DNA of 64,000 bases from Candidatus Margulisiibacteriota bacterium (GCA_050250935.1 JBFWNS010000004.1:32001-96000); one strand, 5' to 3'; shown: positions 29,924 through 40,586, counted from the first letter of the stretch. The notes: generated by a model not told the origin, from the letters alone. Program-made: numbers and translations.

Positions 29924-30925
29924 TTATACCACCAACTGCTTCAAGCACGAAATCCACTCGGGGTTTTCATTCAAACAAGGAATCAAGGTAAACGATTCGC
30001 CGCCGTTTTCCAAAAAGAGCTCGCGGCCCCGATCGCCAATTTCTTCGATGGTTTCCAAACAATCCGAAACAAAGGCCGGACACATCACCAACAAGCGCTT
30101 TACACCGGCTTTGGCCAGCTTGGGAATCACCTCGTCGGTATAGGGCTGAAGCCAGGGATCTCGCCCCAAACGGGACTGAAACGACACAGACCATCGCCCA
30201 TCGGTGATGCCCGCTGCTTCCACAAACAACCGAGAGGTTTCGTACACCTGGTGCCGATAGCAGGTTTCGTGGGCAGGCGAGGGCTGGAAACAGCAATTGG
30301 TGGAAGACAAACAATGGGATTTGGTGGGATCGGATTTTTTAAGGTGACGCTCGGGCAACCCATGATAGCTGAACAACAAATGGTCGTAAGGTTCATCCAA
30401 AACAGGTTTTGCCGATGCAACCAAGGCCGAAATATAGTCGGGATGGCTGTAAAAAGGCGGCACAAAATCAACCTCGACAGGCCGCAACGATTTCAAACAC
30501 CGCTTTACTTCTTCAACCACGGTTTCGTAGCTGGACATGGCATAATGCGGATACAAGGGCACCACCCGAATATGCCCAATTTGAAGATCTTGCAGCAAGG
30601 CCGACAACCCCGCCTGAATCGAGGGATTGCCATAGCGCATAGCGATTTCAACCGGCGCTTCGACCTGGGCCTGGAGCAACGTTTGAACCTGTTTAGTAAG
30701 GCGAATTAAAGGGAACCCCTCGGGATGCCAAATGGATTGATAGGCCTTGGCGGTTTCTTTGGGACGGCTAGGCAAAATGGTTAAATAGACGATTAAAAAC
30801 CTCAGCAACCAAGGCACATCGATCACCCGGGCATCCATCAAAAACTGGGCCAGATACCGCCGCACATCGTGAACAGCCGGAGAATCGGGAGACCCTAAAT
30901 TGACCAACAAAATACCGTGTTTCAT
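29924..30925 (-). CDS. hemH: Ferrochelatase
   Basis: LLVNLGSP, MRYGNP, PLYPHY, FSYHGLP, FQSRLG..PWL.P and FVSDCLET motifs. Confidence 0.96.
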   Translation of the reverse strand: MKHGILLVNLGSPDSPAVHDVRRYLAQFLMDARVIDVPWLLRFLIVYLTILPSRPKETAKAYQSIWHPEGFPLIRLTKQVQTLLQAQVEAPVEIAMRYGNPSIQAGLSALLQDLQIGHIRVVPLYPHYAMSSYETVVEEVKRCLKSLRPVEVDFVPPFYSHPDYISALVASAKPVLDEPYDHLLFSYHGLPERHLKKSDPTKSHCLSSTNCCFQPSPAHETCYRHQVYETSRLFVEAAGITDGRWSVSFQSRLGRDPWLQPYTDEVIPKLAKAGVKRLLVMCPAFVSDCLETIEEIGDRGRELFLENGGESFTLIPCLNENPEWISCLKQLVV

Positions 30926-30946
30926 ACTATGACCTGAAACAATACC

Positions 30947-31198
30947 ATGAACGACGACTTAAAAAAACAATGGCAGGCCGATGCCGAACAACTGAAAGCC
31001 GATTTGGACAACCGCCCCAAAGTGGTTCAAAAGCGGGAAGTGCCCATTCAATTTGGTGGGAAAGTGGGCGAAAAAGCCAAACCGGAAATCCCATCCAAAC
31101 CCGCAAAAAAAATCCTCACCGATTTTCGGTCCGACCTTTTTTTACGCGAAACCCTTCGCATCACCCCAATTCCCCCAACAGACGATTCTCTACTTTAA
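30947..31198 (+). CDS. Small hypothetical protein
   Basis: 83-aa ORF with host-like codon usage filling the intergenic gap. Confidence 0.5.
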   Translation: MNDDLKKQWQADAEQLKADLDNRPKVVQKREVPIQFGGKVGEKAKPEIPSKPAKKILTDFRSDLFLRETLRITPIPPTDDSLL

Positions 31199-31912
31199 CC
31201 CGTTTAAAAAACCGTTGGCTATGGACCGGGTCATCATCACGCGGGGCAGGTCGAAGGCATCGGCATTTTTGGACAAGGGCAGCCTAACTTTGCCCGCCGC
31301 CAAGGAAAACCCATAGCGGTAGCCAGCTTCTTTTAAAGCAGCCTTTCCAGAATCAGAAACCACCCCGAACGGATACACATACACCGTCACCGGCTTCACC
31401 CCATGGGCTTCCAATTCTCGCTTAGAACGCAGCACCTCATCGTCAAACCGCTGGGGAAATTTTTCTTTAAAAGCATCGGTTAAATATTCATGAAAATAGC
31501 CATGAGAAACCAAGGTTTGTCCCCCCGCTTGCAAAGCCAAAACCTGGTCCCAAGTCAACGCAAACCGAACCCGATTGATAATACCCGGATACACCGCAAA
31601 CACCGCCTGAATGCCAGCAGGCTTCAAAACCTGCTCATAGGCCGAAAAAGCCGAGCGATTGCCATCATCAATCACAATCAAAATATTGCGGGTTCCAGTC
31701 ACTTGCCCCGCCACCATCTGGGGCCAGCTGACAAACTTAAACTGCTTTTGTTTTAAGAGATCCAGGTGCTGCTTGAATTCTTGGACCGAAAAATCGGTAT
31801 AAATTTTCGGTTTCCCCAAAAAGGTGTGATAGCATAAAACTTGGACTTCAGAACCCGCGGCCTGCAGCTTCGTTGCCATCATCAGCAGAATTAAAATCAG
31901 TATTTTTTTCAT
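31190..31912 (-). CDS. Secreted polysaccharide deacetylase (CE4)
   Basis: Signal peptide; VLCYH, IDDG, SHGYFH and YPFG motifs. Confidence 0.85.
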   Translation of the reverse strand: MKKILILILLMMATKLQAAGSEVQVLCYHTFLGKPKIYTDFSVQEFKQHLDLLKQKQFKFVSWPQMVAGQVTGTRNILIVIDDGNRSAFSAYEQVLKPAGIQAVFAVYPGIINRVRFALTWDQVLALQAGGQTLVSHGYFHEYLTDAFKEKFPQRFDDEVLRSKRELEAHGVKPVTVYVYPFGVVSDSGKAALKEAGYRYGFSLAAGKVRLPLSKNADAFDLPRVMMTRSIANGFLNGLK

Positions 31913-32023
31913 GGTAATGGATAGCCTACGAAGTCCATAAACTTTTGGCAAACCCTCAAATAAAAACTTAGTCTATTGACAAACTAGTCTATTAAAGCGA
32001 TCCTAGAAAAAAAGGAGCCTTCC

Positions 32024-33226
32024 ATGAAAAAAATCAGCCCTATCCTTGCCCTGGTCGTTTTAGCCCTCACTAGTCCGCTTCAGGCACAAAATATTGAAGC
32101 CGGACCTGGCTTTGCCATTAAATCCAACTCCGGGGATTTTTCCCTGCGGTTTAGAACCCTGGTGAATGTGGATTCCCGAACCTTTTTAACAGACACCGAC
32201 AAAAATGCCTCGGCCTATCTGGTACGAAGCGCAAGACCTTCTTTGGAAGGGGTGGCCTATAAGATTGTTCAATTTAGGCTGGTGCCCGACTTTGGCAATG
32301 GCGCCACTGTCCTTCAAGACGCCTATATCGAAACCCAATTTAGCCCACAGTTTAAACTTCGAACGGGAAAGTTTAAGGTTTCCGTTGGCCTGGAGCGGCT
32401 TCAAGCAAGGTCCGATGTTCGGTTTGCAGAACGGGGATTTCCAACCAGCTTTTTACCCAACCGAGACAGTGGCATTCAAGTGAGTGGCGAAACCGATACT
32501 TTGCAGTATGCTGTCGGGATTTTTAATGGCCAATCCGACAACGTCACAACCGATGGCGACACTGGGGCCGGCAAAGATTTGGCCTTTCGATTGTTTATCA
32601 CCCCTTTCAAAAACGGCATTACGCCTGATTTGGAAGGCCTAGGGTTTGGGTTTGGCTATGATACTGGCGATCAAACTGGTGGAACCTCATCTTCGTATAA
32701 ATCCCTGGGGCAACGAACGATGTTCAGCTATACGGGCGGTGTTACCACCGGAACCCGATACCATTTTTCCCCTCAAATTTCCTACTATAACGGCCCTTTT
32801 GGTTTTTTTGGGGAATGGGCCCAAAGTTCCCAAGTGCTGCAACTGGGCGGAACATCCAACCGTATTACCCACAACGCCTGGCAATTGCATGGCGAATGGA
32901 TACTAACTGGCGAAAACGCCTCGTTTAAAGCCCTCAAAATCAAAACGCCTTACGACCCAACCAAGGGAACCTGGGGCGCCCTAGAGTTGGTGGGCAGGAT
33001 CAACCAAGCCAATTTCGATTCTGCTGCCTTTGATTCTGGTTTCGCCAGCGCCAGTACCAGCGTCAAACGGGCAACGGCTGTGGGGGTTGGACTAAATTGG
33101 TATCTGAACCCCGCCTTGCACTACAGCATTGCCTATGAACACACGGTTTTTGAAGGCGGTTCAACCGGCAGCAGCAACCGGAACGATGAAAAACTGTTAA
33201 CCCTCAGTACCCACTTATCGCTATAA
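32024..33226 (+). CDS. OprO/OprP-family anion-selective porin
   Basis: Signal peptide; LVRSARP, QDAY, GKFK, FAER, RD.G and GALELVGR motifs; lies next to the sulfur operon. Confidence 0.82.
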   Translation: MKKISPILALVVLALTSPLQAQNIEAGPGFAIKSNSGDFSLRFRTLVNVDSRTFLTDTDKNASAYLVRSARPSLEGVAYKIVQFRLVPDFGNGATVLQDAYIETQFSPQFKLRTGKFKVSVGLERLQARSDVRFAERGFPTSFLPNRDSGIQVSGETDTLQYAVGIFNGQSDNVTTDGDTGAGKDLAFRLFITPFKNGITPDLEGLGFGFGYDTGDQTGGTSSSYKSLGQRTMFSYTGGVTTGTRYHFSPQISYYNGPFGFFGEWAQSSQVLQLGGTSNRITHNAWQLHGEWILTGENASFKALKIKTPYDPTKGTWGALELVGRINQANFDSAAFDSGFASASTSVKRATAVGVGLNWYLNPALHYSIAYEHTVFEGGSTGSSNRNDEKLLTLSTHLSL

Positions 33227-33340
33227 ACACAGGCGTTTTTTTAATAACACAAATGCATAGCAAAACAATCAATTTATAGCCCAAAGCGAAAATGCCAAAG
33301 ATGGCGTGACTCAGCAGGGGCTTATGGTAAACTGTTGGAC

Positions 33341-34327
33341 ATGCCTTCCTATGAAAACTTGGTTTCCGAGAACATTTTATACCTTCCTATTTTACAAAAA
33401 CGACTTCATGTAAACCCAACGACCGTCTCTCTCTCTCGAAAAAAAGTTCATATTCCCATCGACGATACCGTCGTCAATGTGTGGCTGAAGGGTCCCGAAT
33501 CCAAGTCCATCGAAGCACTTGGCAACGCCATGGCAACACTTGCCCTAGCCTTTTGCCAGATGATTAACAATGGCCAAGGCAAAACCAGCGTTTCCCAAAA
33601 AACAAGTCCCAGCGACCTGGTCACCGAAATGGACCGCGGCATCGAAATGCTGATTCGGCTTTGGCTGAACCGGTTTTTCCCAGACCACAAAATTATCGGC
33701 GAAGAAGGTCCCAAACCCCAGGTCGCCCCCGATTCGGTGATCTGGTATCTGGACCCCATCGATGGGACCACCAACTATGTGGAAGGCCGCAAAAACGTCT
33801 CTTTACACATCGGCTCTACCCACTTGGGCAAACCCTTTATTAACCTGGTGGGACTGCCCTTTGAAAACACGGTTTTTTTGCGTATCGGTCAAGAAAAACA
33901 GGTCTGGGTTATCACCCCAACGTCCAAAAAAATCTTAGACCCCCCAACACCCCCACCAAAACCCATTTTCGGCACCGAATACATGGATAGCCGGCAAACC
34001 GAAGCCAAACACTTCGCCGCCCTAACACGCAAGCACAACGCCTCTCCGCTTCGGGTTAAATCGATTGGAGTGAATATTTTGCAACTGCTGTTAGGCCGTT
34101 CAAGCTTATTTTTTAAACCCAAAGCCAAACCCTGGGACTACATGGCCCCGTTTGGACTTCTGGATGCCTACTCGGACCATATCGCTTTATCCCTGATTCC
34201 TTTGGACAGCAAAACCCCCATCTCCCCCTTTTCCAACGACCCTGCTTTTTTGGATTTTGTGAACCGAAAGCTCAAAACCAATTCCAGACTCGGCTTTGTT
34301 CAGGCCGAATTTAAAACCTACAAATAA
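33341..34327 (+). CDS. Inositol monophosphatase family (CysQ/SuhB-like)
   Basis: DLVTEMD, IGEE, LDPIDGTTNY and PWD motifs. Confidence 0.85.
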   Translation: MPSYENLVSENILYLPILQKRLHVNPTTVSLSRKKVHIPIDDTVVNVWLKGPESKSIEALGNAMATLALAFCQMINNGQGKTSVSQKTSPSDLVTEMDRGIEMLIRLWLNRFFPDHKIIGEEGPKPQVAPDSVIWYLDPIDGTTNYVEGRKNVSLHIGSTHLGKPFINLVGLPFENTVFLRIGQEKQVWVITPTSKKILDPPTPPPKPIFGTEYMDSRQTEAKHFAALTRKHNASPLRVKSIGVNILQLLLGRSSLFFKPKAKPWDYMAPFGLLDAYSDHIALSLIPLDSKTPISPFSNDPAFLDFVNRKLKTNSRLGFVQAEFKTYK

Positions 34328-36090
34328 TATTCGGGGGAAAACACCTCGCGCTGCAGCAATTGCAAGAGCTGCTCGACAACCTGATCGCAAGACCCGCCAA
34401 CCACTTGGGCATGATCCAACTGGGCTTTATCCCCAACCGAAACCACCAGCATGTCGTAGGGCTGAATAAAGGTTTTAAGCAAGTTTCCTTCTGCATCCGA
34501 AAGATCCGGCAAGGCGCTAATCAACACCAAACCCGCATCGGCAAACCAATGGGCAGTTTTGGCCAATTGAATCAGCTGATCTTCCCGCTCGGTTTGTTCG
34601 GCATCCAACAAGGCTTGAAGCCCCAGGTAATACACGGATTTTCCAGCATCGTACAAGGCCTTTTCTACCTGTTTGGCAACGTCGGTCACAGCGGCATCGC
34701 CGGTAATGACAATCACTTTCGGTTTTTGGCCCAAACGGGTTGCCCGGTCTTGGGGTTTAACCAAGCTTCGATCCCAGTTCGCCATTTTGGCAGCGGCTTC
34801 TTCGAGGTAGGTTTGGGCTTGGGTGATGTTTTCCAGCACAATCCCCCCACCTGTAATTTCAAAATCATCAACCAAAACAAAGCGGCCTGTTTTATCCAAA
34901 TTTGAGGCCAAATCAAAGGCAATGGGCTGCACAGTTTGCAACACCACCTCGGCCACATCATGACGTTCCACTTCCCGCTTATTGGTTTCCGTGGACAAAT
35001 CCGAGGCATCCACCACCTGCAACACCTGTTTTAAATAAACAGTGGCTCGGCTTGTGCCCAATTTGAGCTTGTATTTTTTACCCATCACCAGGGGATTTTT
35101 GCCCAACCAAAACAGATTGGCTTTGAAGGTTGATCCCACCTGAGGGTGACGATTTTCCGATACCCGGCACATGATTTCACCCGGTTTTAAATACAATTGC
35201 GTGCTCATGGTAAAGCCAGTGGCCATCCCCGCCGACGCTTGGGTTTGAGCAGGGGTGTTAAACCCTTCGATGGATTGAATGTGGGTGCGTTTGCCAGAAG
35301 GGTAAAACACCACTTCATCCCCGACGTTTAAGGTGCCGGTTTCAACTGTCCCCGCGATAATGCGCCGGTCATCACCCGCCTCGGTGAATTTGTAGATATC
35401 TTGGACGGGGAAACGAAACGGCAGGGCTTCCGCACCCGAGGGCTTTTCAAACCCATCGACCGCTTCCACCACATTGGGGCCGGTGTACCAACCCATGCGA
35501 GACGATCGAGAGGCCAAATTATCCCCTTCTCTTGCCGCAATGGGAATAAAGGCTTTGGCTTGAACCCCAATCCGGTCCAAAAAGGCAGTATAGTCGGTTT
35601 GAATGCGATTAAAAACAGCTTGGTCGTAGTTCACCAAATCCATTTTATTGACCAACACCACCAATTGTTTAAGGCCTAAAAGCGAGGTTAAAAAACCATG
35701 CCTGCGGGAGTTTTCTTGAATCCCTTCATGGGCATCAATCAACAACAAAGCCGCTTCGGCCCGAGCTGCCCCAGTGACCATGTTTTTCAAAAATTCGATA
35801 TGTCCTGGCGCGTCCATGATGATGTAATGCCGTTTGTCGGTTTTAAAAAACACCCTGGCTGTATCGATGGTGATGCCTTGGGCTTGCTCGTCTTTAAGGG
35901 CATCCAGCAAAAAAGCATATTCAAAGGGCTTGGCATTGCGTTCGCAGGTTAAGCGCACTTGCTCCAACTTACCTTCCGGTAAAGAACCGGTGTCGGCCAA
36001 CAAACGCCCAATCAAGGTACTTTTACCATGATCAACGTGACCCAAAATTACGCAATTCAATTGTTCGTGACGGTGTTCTTGCAAGGACAT
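34318..36090 (-). CDS. cysN: Sulfate adenylyltransferase subunit 1 with degenerate C-terminal CysC-like domain
   Basis: GHVDHGKSTLIGRLL, EQAQGITID, DAPGH, NKMD and FRFPVQ motifs. Confidence 0.93.
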   Translation of the reverse strand: MSLQEHRHEQLNCVILGHVDHGKSTLIGRLLADTGSLPEGKLEQVRLTCERNAKPFEYAFLLDALKDEQAQGITIDTARVFFKTDKRHYIIMDAPGHIEFLKNMVTGAARAEAALLLIDAHEGIQENSRRHGFLTSLLGLKQLVVLVNKMDLVNYDQAVFNRIQTDYTAFLDRIGVQAKAFIPIAAREGDNLASRSSRMGWYTGPNVVEAVDGFEKPSGAEALPFRFPVQDIYKFTEAGDDRRIIAGTVETGTLNVGDEVVFYPSGKRTHIQSIEGFNTPAQTQASAGMATGFTMSTQLYLKPGEIMCRVSENRHPQVGSTFKANLFWLGKNPLVMGKKYKLKLGTSRATVYLKQVLQVVDASDLSTETNKREVERHDVAEVVLQTVQPIAFDLASNLDKTGRFVLVDDFEITGGGIVLENITQAQTYLEEAAAKMANWDRSLVKPQDRATRLGQKPKVIVITGDAAVTDVAKQVEKALYDAGKSVYYLGLQALLDAEQTEREDQLIQLAKTAHWFADAGLVLISALPDLSDAEGNLLKTFIQPYDMLVVSVGDKAQLDHAQVVGGSCDQVVEQLLQLLQREVFSPEYYL

Positions 36091-36971
36091 TACATATACC
36101 CTTCTTTTCGTAGGCTTTCCAATCCACCGCCATCTTCTTTGTCCTGGGCGCGCCCAGACCGTTCGGCAATGTTGGCAAATTTACCTGTTCGTAGCTCTTC
36201 GATAATTTCTTTGACGTTTTTAGAGGTGGAATTCACCGGCGTGGTGCAAGGCGCGCAGCCCAAAGACCGATACCGTTTCCCTTCGCCCTGATCAAAATAC
36301 AAACTCACCACCGGAATATTTTCGCGGTCGATGTATTCCCAAATGTTAAGCTCTGTCCAATCCAACAGCGGATGAATGCGAACGTGGGTTCCCGGTGCAA
36401 AGTCTGTCTTGTATTGATTCCACAGCTCGGGCGGTTGGTCGCCAATGTCCCAATCGCTTTGTTTGTCTCGGGGCGAAAACACCCGCTCTTTGGAACGGCT
36501 GCCTTCTTCATCAGCGCGGGCGCCTACGATCACGCCGGTAAACGGTTCGATGTTTTTATCAACCTCATACTGCCCCGTCGTGTGGTTCAACCGATGTCGG
36601 GGCCATTCGCCAGACAAGGTGTGTTTTAACGCCTCGGCTTTCAACGCTTTGCAGCAGGCAATGCGGTCGATTTTACCGTTTGGAAAGGTCATCCCCGCAT
36701 CCAAAGCCGCCCGATTTTCCCCCACAATCATGGTCAGGTTCCATTCTTTGGCAAACCGGTCCCGATATTCGATCATTTCTGGGATTTTATAGGAGGTGTC
36801 GATATGCACCAAGGGAAAGGGCACATGGCCCAAAAACGCCTTACGGGCCAACCACAGCAACACGGTGCTGTCTTTGCCAATCGACCACAACATGCCCAGA
36901 TTTTTGAAGCTTTTGTAGGCTTCTCTGAAGATATAAACGCTCTGCGATTCTAAACGGTCAAGATAGTTCAT
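36090..36971 (-). CDS. cysD: Sulfate adenylyltransferase subunit 2
   Basis: [28 protein letters not shown] and RSLGC motifs; conserved region starts at MNYLDRLE. Confidence 0.95.
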   Translation of the reverse strand: MNYLDRLESQSVYIFREAYKSFKNLGMLWSIGKDSTVLLWLARKAFLGHVPFPLVHIDTSYKIPEMIEYRDRFAKEWNLTMIVGENRAALDAGMTFPNGKIDRIACCKALKAEALKHTLSGEWPRHRLNHTTGQYEVDKNIEPFTGVIVGARADEEGSRSKERVFSPRDKQSDWDIGDQPPELWNQYKTDFAPGTHVRIHPLLDWTELNIWEYIDRENIPVVSLYFDQGEGKRYRSLGCAPCTTPVNSTSKNVKEIIEELRTGKFANIAERSGRAQDKEDGGGLESLRKEGYM

Positions 36972-37108
36972 TTGTATGTCACAAATGCACAGCATTTGTG
37001 GGTCGGCATTTGGAATGAATCCAAATCCCTCGCGCTGCGCGGCCTTTCTTTTATTGTTATCACAAATGCACAGCATTTGTGGGTCGGCATATTGTCAAAA
37101 TTGGCCAT
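36968..37108 (-). CDS. Putative 46-aa Cys-Cys leader peptide (two THKCCAFV units)
   Basis: ATG lies 1 nt after the cysH stop with GGAG upstream; its stop overlaps the cysD ATG. Confidence 0.5.
   Translation of the reverse strand: MANFDNMPTHKCCAFVITIKERPRSARDLDSFQMPTHKCCAFVTYK
36979..37090. repeat. Two identical 31-bp repeats (36979-37009, 37060-37090) containing the palindrome CACAAATGC-ACA-GCATTTGTG
   Basis: Read directly; further copies at 42647-42672 and (partial) 33248-33262. Confidence 0.95.
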
Positions 37109-37109
37109 T

Positions 37110-37835
37110 TTAAGTGGCTCCCCCTGTTTGGGCCCGATCCTGAACATGCAATCCACATTCTTTGCCGTCTGGGTTCTCCCACCACCACCGACCCGCGCGA
37201 AGATCTTCGCCAGGCTTAATGGCCCGGGTACACGGTGCGCAGCCGATGCTGGGATAGCCTTGTTTGTGCAAATAGTTCACCGGGACATCGTGGGTTTTGA
37301 CATAGTCCCAAACTTGCTCGGTGGTCCAATCGGCCAAGGGGTTCAGCTTGATTAAACCATGCGCCTCGTCCCACTCCACCTTGGGCAGGGTGGTTCGGGT
37401 AACGGCTTGTTCGCGGCGCAACCCGGTGATCCAGGCTTTGGCCCCAGACAAGGCCCGTTTAAGCGGTTCTACTTTGCGGATGTGGCAACATTCTTTGCGG
37501 TTTTCAACACTTTCAAAAAACGAGTTTGGGCCTTTTTGACGCACCAACGCCTCCACAGCCGCCGCATCGGGAAAATACACCTCGTGGCGGATGCTGTATT
37601 TGGCTTGGGTCAGGCCCATCACCTCGTAGGTTTCTTGGTGAAGCCGACCGGTATCCAGCACAAAAATGCGGGCTTTGGGATTCAGCTTCACCAGCATATC
37701 GGTCAGCACCTGGTCTTCGACGCCCAGGCTAGAGGCCAACAGCAAACCGTTGCCAAATTGGCCGATGGCCCATTCCAAAACAGCTTGTGGCGATTGCGCT
37801 TCGAAATCATGATTAAGTGAGTCAAAATCGGTCAT
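37110..37835 (-). CDS. cysH: APS reductase ([4Fe-4S] CysH type)
   Basis: LDTG, ECCHIRKVEPL, TGLRR, YPSIGCAPCT, RAGRW and ECGLH motifs. Confidence 0.95.
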   Translation of the reverse strand: MTDFDSLNHDFEAQSPQAVLEWAIGQFGNGLLLASSLGVEDQVLTDMLVKLNPKARIFVLDTGRLHQETYEVMGLTQAKYSIRHEVYFPDAAAVEALVRQKGPNSFFESVENRKECCHIRKVEPLKRALSGAKAWITGLRREQAVTRTTLPKVEWDEAHGLIKLNPLADWTTEQVWDYVKTHDVPVNYLHKQGYPSIGCAPCTRAIKPGEDLRAGRWWWENPDGKECGLHVQDRAQTGGAT

Positions 37836-40171
37836 TATTTTTTCTCGATTTGAACCACCCAATGTGCGCCGTCTTGTTCTTGTTTCAACACCTTGTGACC
37901 TTCCAACTTCACAGAATTGGGCACATTTTGGATGGGTTCGCCGTCATCCAGTAAAATTTCCAATTTGTCCCCGGATTTCAGGGTTTCCAAGACCAACTTG
38001 GTTTTGACAAAGTTCATCGGACAAGCCACACCGCGGAAATCTTTTTTGAGCATCTCGGCAACAGCCGTGGTGCCTTCACCCGCTTTGGGTTTGAACCGCA
38101 ACGAATCGTCCATGTTTTTGTAAAGTTCAACCACTTCATCGGCCAACTTCACAATAATGGCTTCGTGTTTGGGCAATTCGGCTTTAAGACCCAATTTGGC
38201 CAAGGTCAGCACATCGTTAAATTCAGCAGAAATCAAATTGGTTTCAACGAAATGTTTTTGGAACACCGCAATGGCCGAGGTTTCGTCTTTGGAATCCAAC
38301 CCACGGGTCACCAACAACATGCGAGAGGCATGGAAGGTTAGCTTGTAAAGAATATCCTGTTTTTCAGCGTCGTTTTGGGCGGCAGACAAGGCTTTTTTAA
38401 GGGTTTTGATGGCTTTTTCGTCCACTTCGATCATGTCGAACATCCCAGCCGAACATTCTGCGGTTCCCAAATCGTCCAAAGACAGACGTTTTTTAGCACC
38501 AAAATCGGTGTAAAACTTGGGATCTTGGGCAAAATCAGGCACCTCTCTGTATTTGTCGCAAAGGGTTTTGATTAAGGTTTTGCCTTCGGCTTCCAAAAAA
38601 GCTTTGTAGGTGGGGAATTCCGCTTTTTTAGGAATATACGCTTCCAAAAAGTCATGCACAAAATTGGGAATGTGATGGGCTGCAATTTCGTCGACTTTTT
38701 CGGCATATTTGGTTTGGCCTGGGGTTCCCACTTCGGCACCGGCTAGCACGTTGTAGGCGGGGTACATATCCCCACTTTTACGGCCAACTTTGCCAAAGAA
38801 ACCCAAATCGGCAATGTGGTGCATCCCGCAAGTGTTGGGGCAACCGGACATGTTTACCCGCAATTCGGGAATGGCATCCAAATTCAAGCTGCTGTTTACC
38901 ACACGGTCGCGGATGGCATCCGACAAACCACGGGGCAAACAAATGCCCAATTTGCAGGTGGAAGCCCCGGTGCAGTTAATCATGTTGCTCACAAAAAAAG
39001 CTTTGTCGGCCAGGGTTTGCTTCATGCTTTTAATCACCGTAAACACGTTGCCCAAATAGGCTTCTGGAATGTTGCGCAACCTAATGTTTTGAGAACGATC
39101 GCATCGCATGGTGTTTTCGCCGATTTCATCCAACAAATCGCAAAGTTTATTGGCATCATCAAACAAAATATCCCCCAATTGCAAAGGCAAGTGAACCGAA
39201 AACAAACCGGGTTGTTTTTGGGCAAACACAAAGCGGCTTTTCCATTGCTCGAATTCAGCGCCACTGGCCTGAACGGGTGCTAGGGTAATGTTGGCTTTGG
39301 GGGCGTTTGGAATGGGCTCCAACACCAAATTTAAGGACGCATCATCTTTGATTTGATCGTATTCTTCGCGGAACAAACGCATAAATTCGTCGCGTTCTAG
39401 TTTGGCCCACAAAAATTTGATGCGGTTGGCATAGCGGTTGCGTCGGTTGCCGTGTTTATCAAACATGGTTTTGATGGCGCGGGTTACATGATACACCTGG
39501 GTGTCGGGAATAAACCCAAACAATTCGTGGCCAACCATGGGCTTGGCACCCATCCCGCCAGCGCAATAAACCATAAACCCTTTTTGGCCATTTTGAATGG
39601 TCGCCACAAACCCCAAACAGGTGGATTGGGTAAAGGCCGTGTCTTTTTCTGAGTTGGAAAACGCAATTTTGAATTTACGGGGCAAATTCCAAGAATCGGG
39701 CTCATGAATCAAACGGGTGGTTAAGGCACTGGCATACGGATCCACATCAAACGATTCATCAGGTGCAATCCCAGAATCCACAGAGGTCAAAATGTTGCGA
39801 ATGGTGTTTCCCCCGCCGCCACGGGTACTAAGCCCAACAGTGTGGAGCCCCCGAATGACTTTCATGATGTCCTGCAACAAAACTTCGTGAATTTGAACTT
39901 CTTGGCGGGTGGTGAAATGCACTTCGCCGTTGCCGTACAACTTGCCCATTTCAGCCGTTTTACGCAACTGCGCTGGGGTAATACCACTGGCCGCACAGCG
40001 AATCCGAACCATGTACGTATGCAATTGGCGTTGTTCGTAAATCCCGTGGGCCACACGAATGGCCTTAAACTTCACAGGGTCGATGTTACCCAAAGCAAAC
40101 TCTTGCAAATCTTTCTCAAATTGATCTTGTTCTTCAACCAGAACAGCGGGGGTTTCGTAAAATCTAAGCAT
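37835..40171 (-). CDS. Siroheme-[4Fe-4S] sulfite reductase with C-terminal TusA/SirA domain
   Basis: HFTTRQ, LPRKFK, CTGASTC and SGCPNTC motifs; C-terminal DFRGVACPMNFVK. Confidence 0.9.
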   Translation of the reverse strand: MLRFYETPAVLVEEQDQFEKDLQEFALGNIDPVKFKAIRVAHGIYEQRQLHTYMVRIRCAASGITPAQLRKTAEMGKLYGNGEVHFTTRQEVQIHEVLLQDIMKVIRGLHTVGLSTRGGGGNTIRNILTSVDSGIAPDESFDVDPYASALTTRLIHEPDSWNLPRKFKIAFSNSEKDTAFTQSTCLGFVATIQNGQKGFMVYCAGGMGAKPMVGHELFGFIPDTQVYHVTRAIKTMFDKHGNRRNRYANRIKFLWAKLERDEFMRLFREEYDQIKDDASLNLVLEPIPNAPKANITLAPVQASGAEFEQWKSRFVFAQKQPGLFSVHLPLQLGDILFDDANKLCDLLDEIGENTMRCDRSQNIRLRNIPEAYLGNVFTVIKSMKQTLADKAFFVSNMINCTGASTCKLGICLPRGLSDAIRDRVVNSSLNLDAIPELRVNMSGCPNTCGMHHIADLGFFGKVGRKSGDMYPAYNVLAGAEVGTPGQTKYAEKVDEIAAHHIPNFVHDFLEAYIPKKAEFPTYKAFLEAEGKTLIKTLCDKYREVPDFAQDPKFYTDFGAKKRLSLDDLGTAECSAGMFDMIEVDEKAIKTLKKALSAAQNDAEKQDILYKLTFHASRMLLVTRGLDSKDETSAIAVFQKHFVETNLISAEFNDVLTLAKLGLKAELPKHEAIIVKLADEVVELYKNMDDSLRFKPKAGEGTTAVAEMLKKDFRGVACPMNFVKTKLVLETLKSGDKLEILLDDGEPIQNVPNSVKLEGHKVLKQEQDGAHWVVQIEKK

Positions 40172-40173
40172 AT

Positions 40174-40584
40174 TTATTCTCCTATTTTTTCTAAAACAAC
40201 ACGGTCAATATGAATCTCGGCGTCTGTTTTTCGGATTTTATACCCTTTCACATCGGCCTCGGGATTCATGAGCGATACAATAATGTACACCATGTTCGGG
40301 TCGTTTAAGAGGCGTAAATCCTCTTCGGACAACCGAGCCGGGCTTTCGGGATGACTGTGATACACGGCCATCACCTGCAAACCCGCCGCACGGGCCTGTT
40401 TGATCGCGGCAAATTGCTCTTTGGGATCAAAGGAAAAATGTTCGGGACTGGCATCCACATTGGTCATGGGATAAAAAGTGGTAATCGTGTCGTTTTGACC
40501 GGCCAAATACCCACAGGTTTCGTTGGGCAATCCAGCTTTGGCGTGGGCGACGATTTCATCATAGATGGTGTTTAAAATGTTCAT
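40174..40584 (-). CDS. JAMM/M67 metalloprotease (HcyD/Mec-like)
   Basis: PNETCG and YHSHP..PARLSEED JAMM motif. Confidence 0.92.
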   Translation of the reverse strand: MNILNTIYDEIVAHAKAGLPNETCGYLAGQNDTITTFYPMTNVDASPEHFSFDPKEQFAAIKQARAAGLQVMAVYHSHPESPARLSEEDLRLLNDPNMVYIIVSLMNPEADVKGYKIRKTDAEIHIDRVVLEKIGE

Positions 40585-40586
40585 GG

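Noticed and set aside
29894..30709. 271-aa plus-strand ORF
   Set aside because: Antisense shadow of hemH with no recognisable motifs.
36972..37076. 35-aa MLCIC N-terminal extension of CysD from the ORF track
   Set aside because: CysD conservation begins at MNYLDRLE and no clear RBS precedes 37076; not fully excluded.
36979..37090. CRISPR mini-array (31-bp palindromic repeat, 50-bp spacer)
   Set aside because: Only two units, a lone third copy 5.6 kb away, no cas genes, and positions tied to sulfur gene starts.
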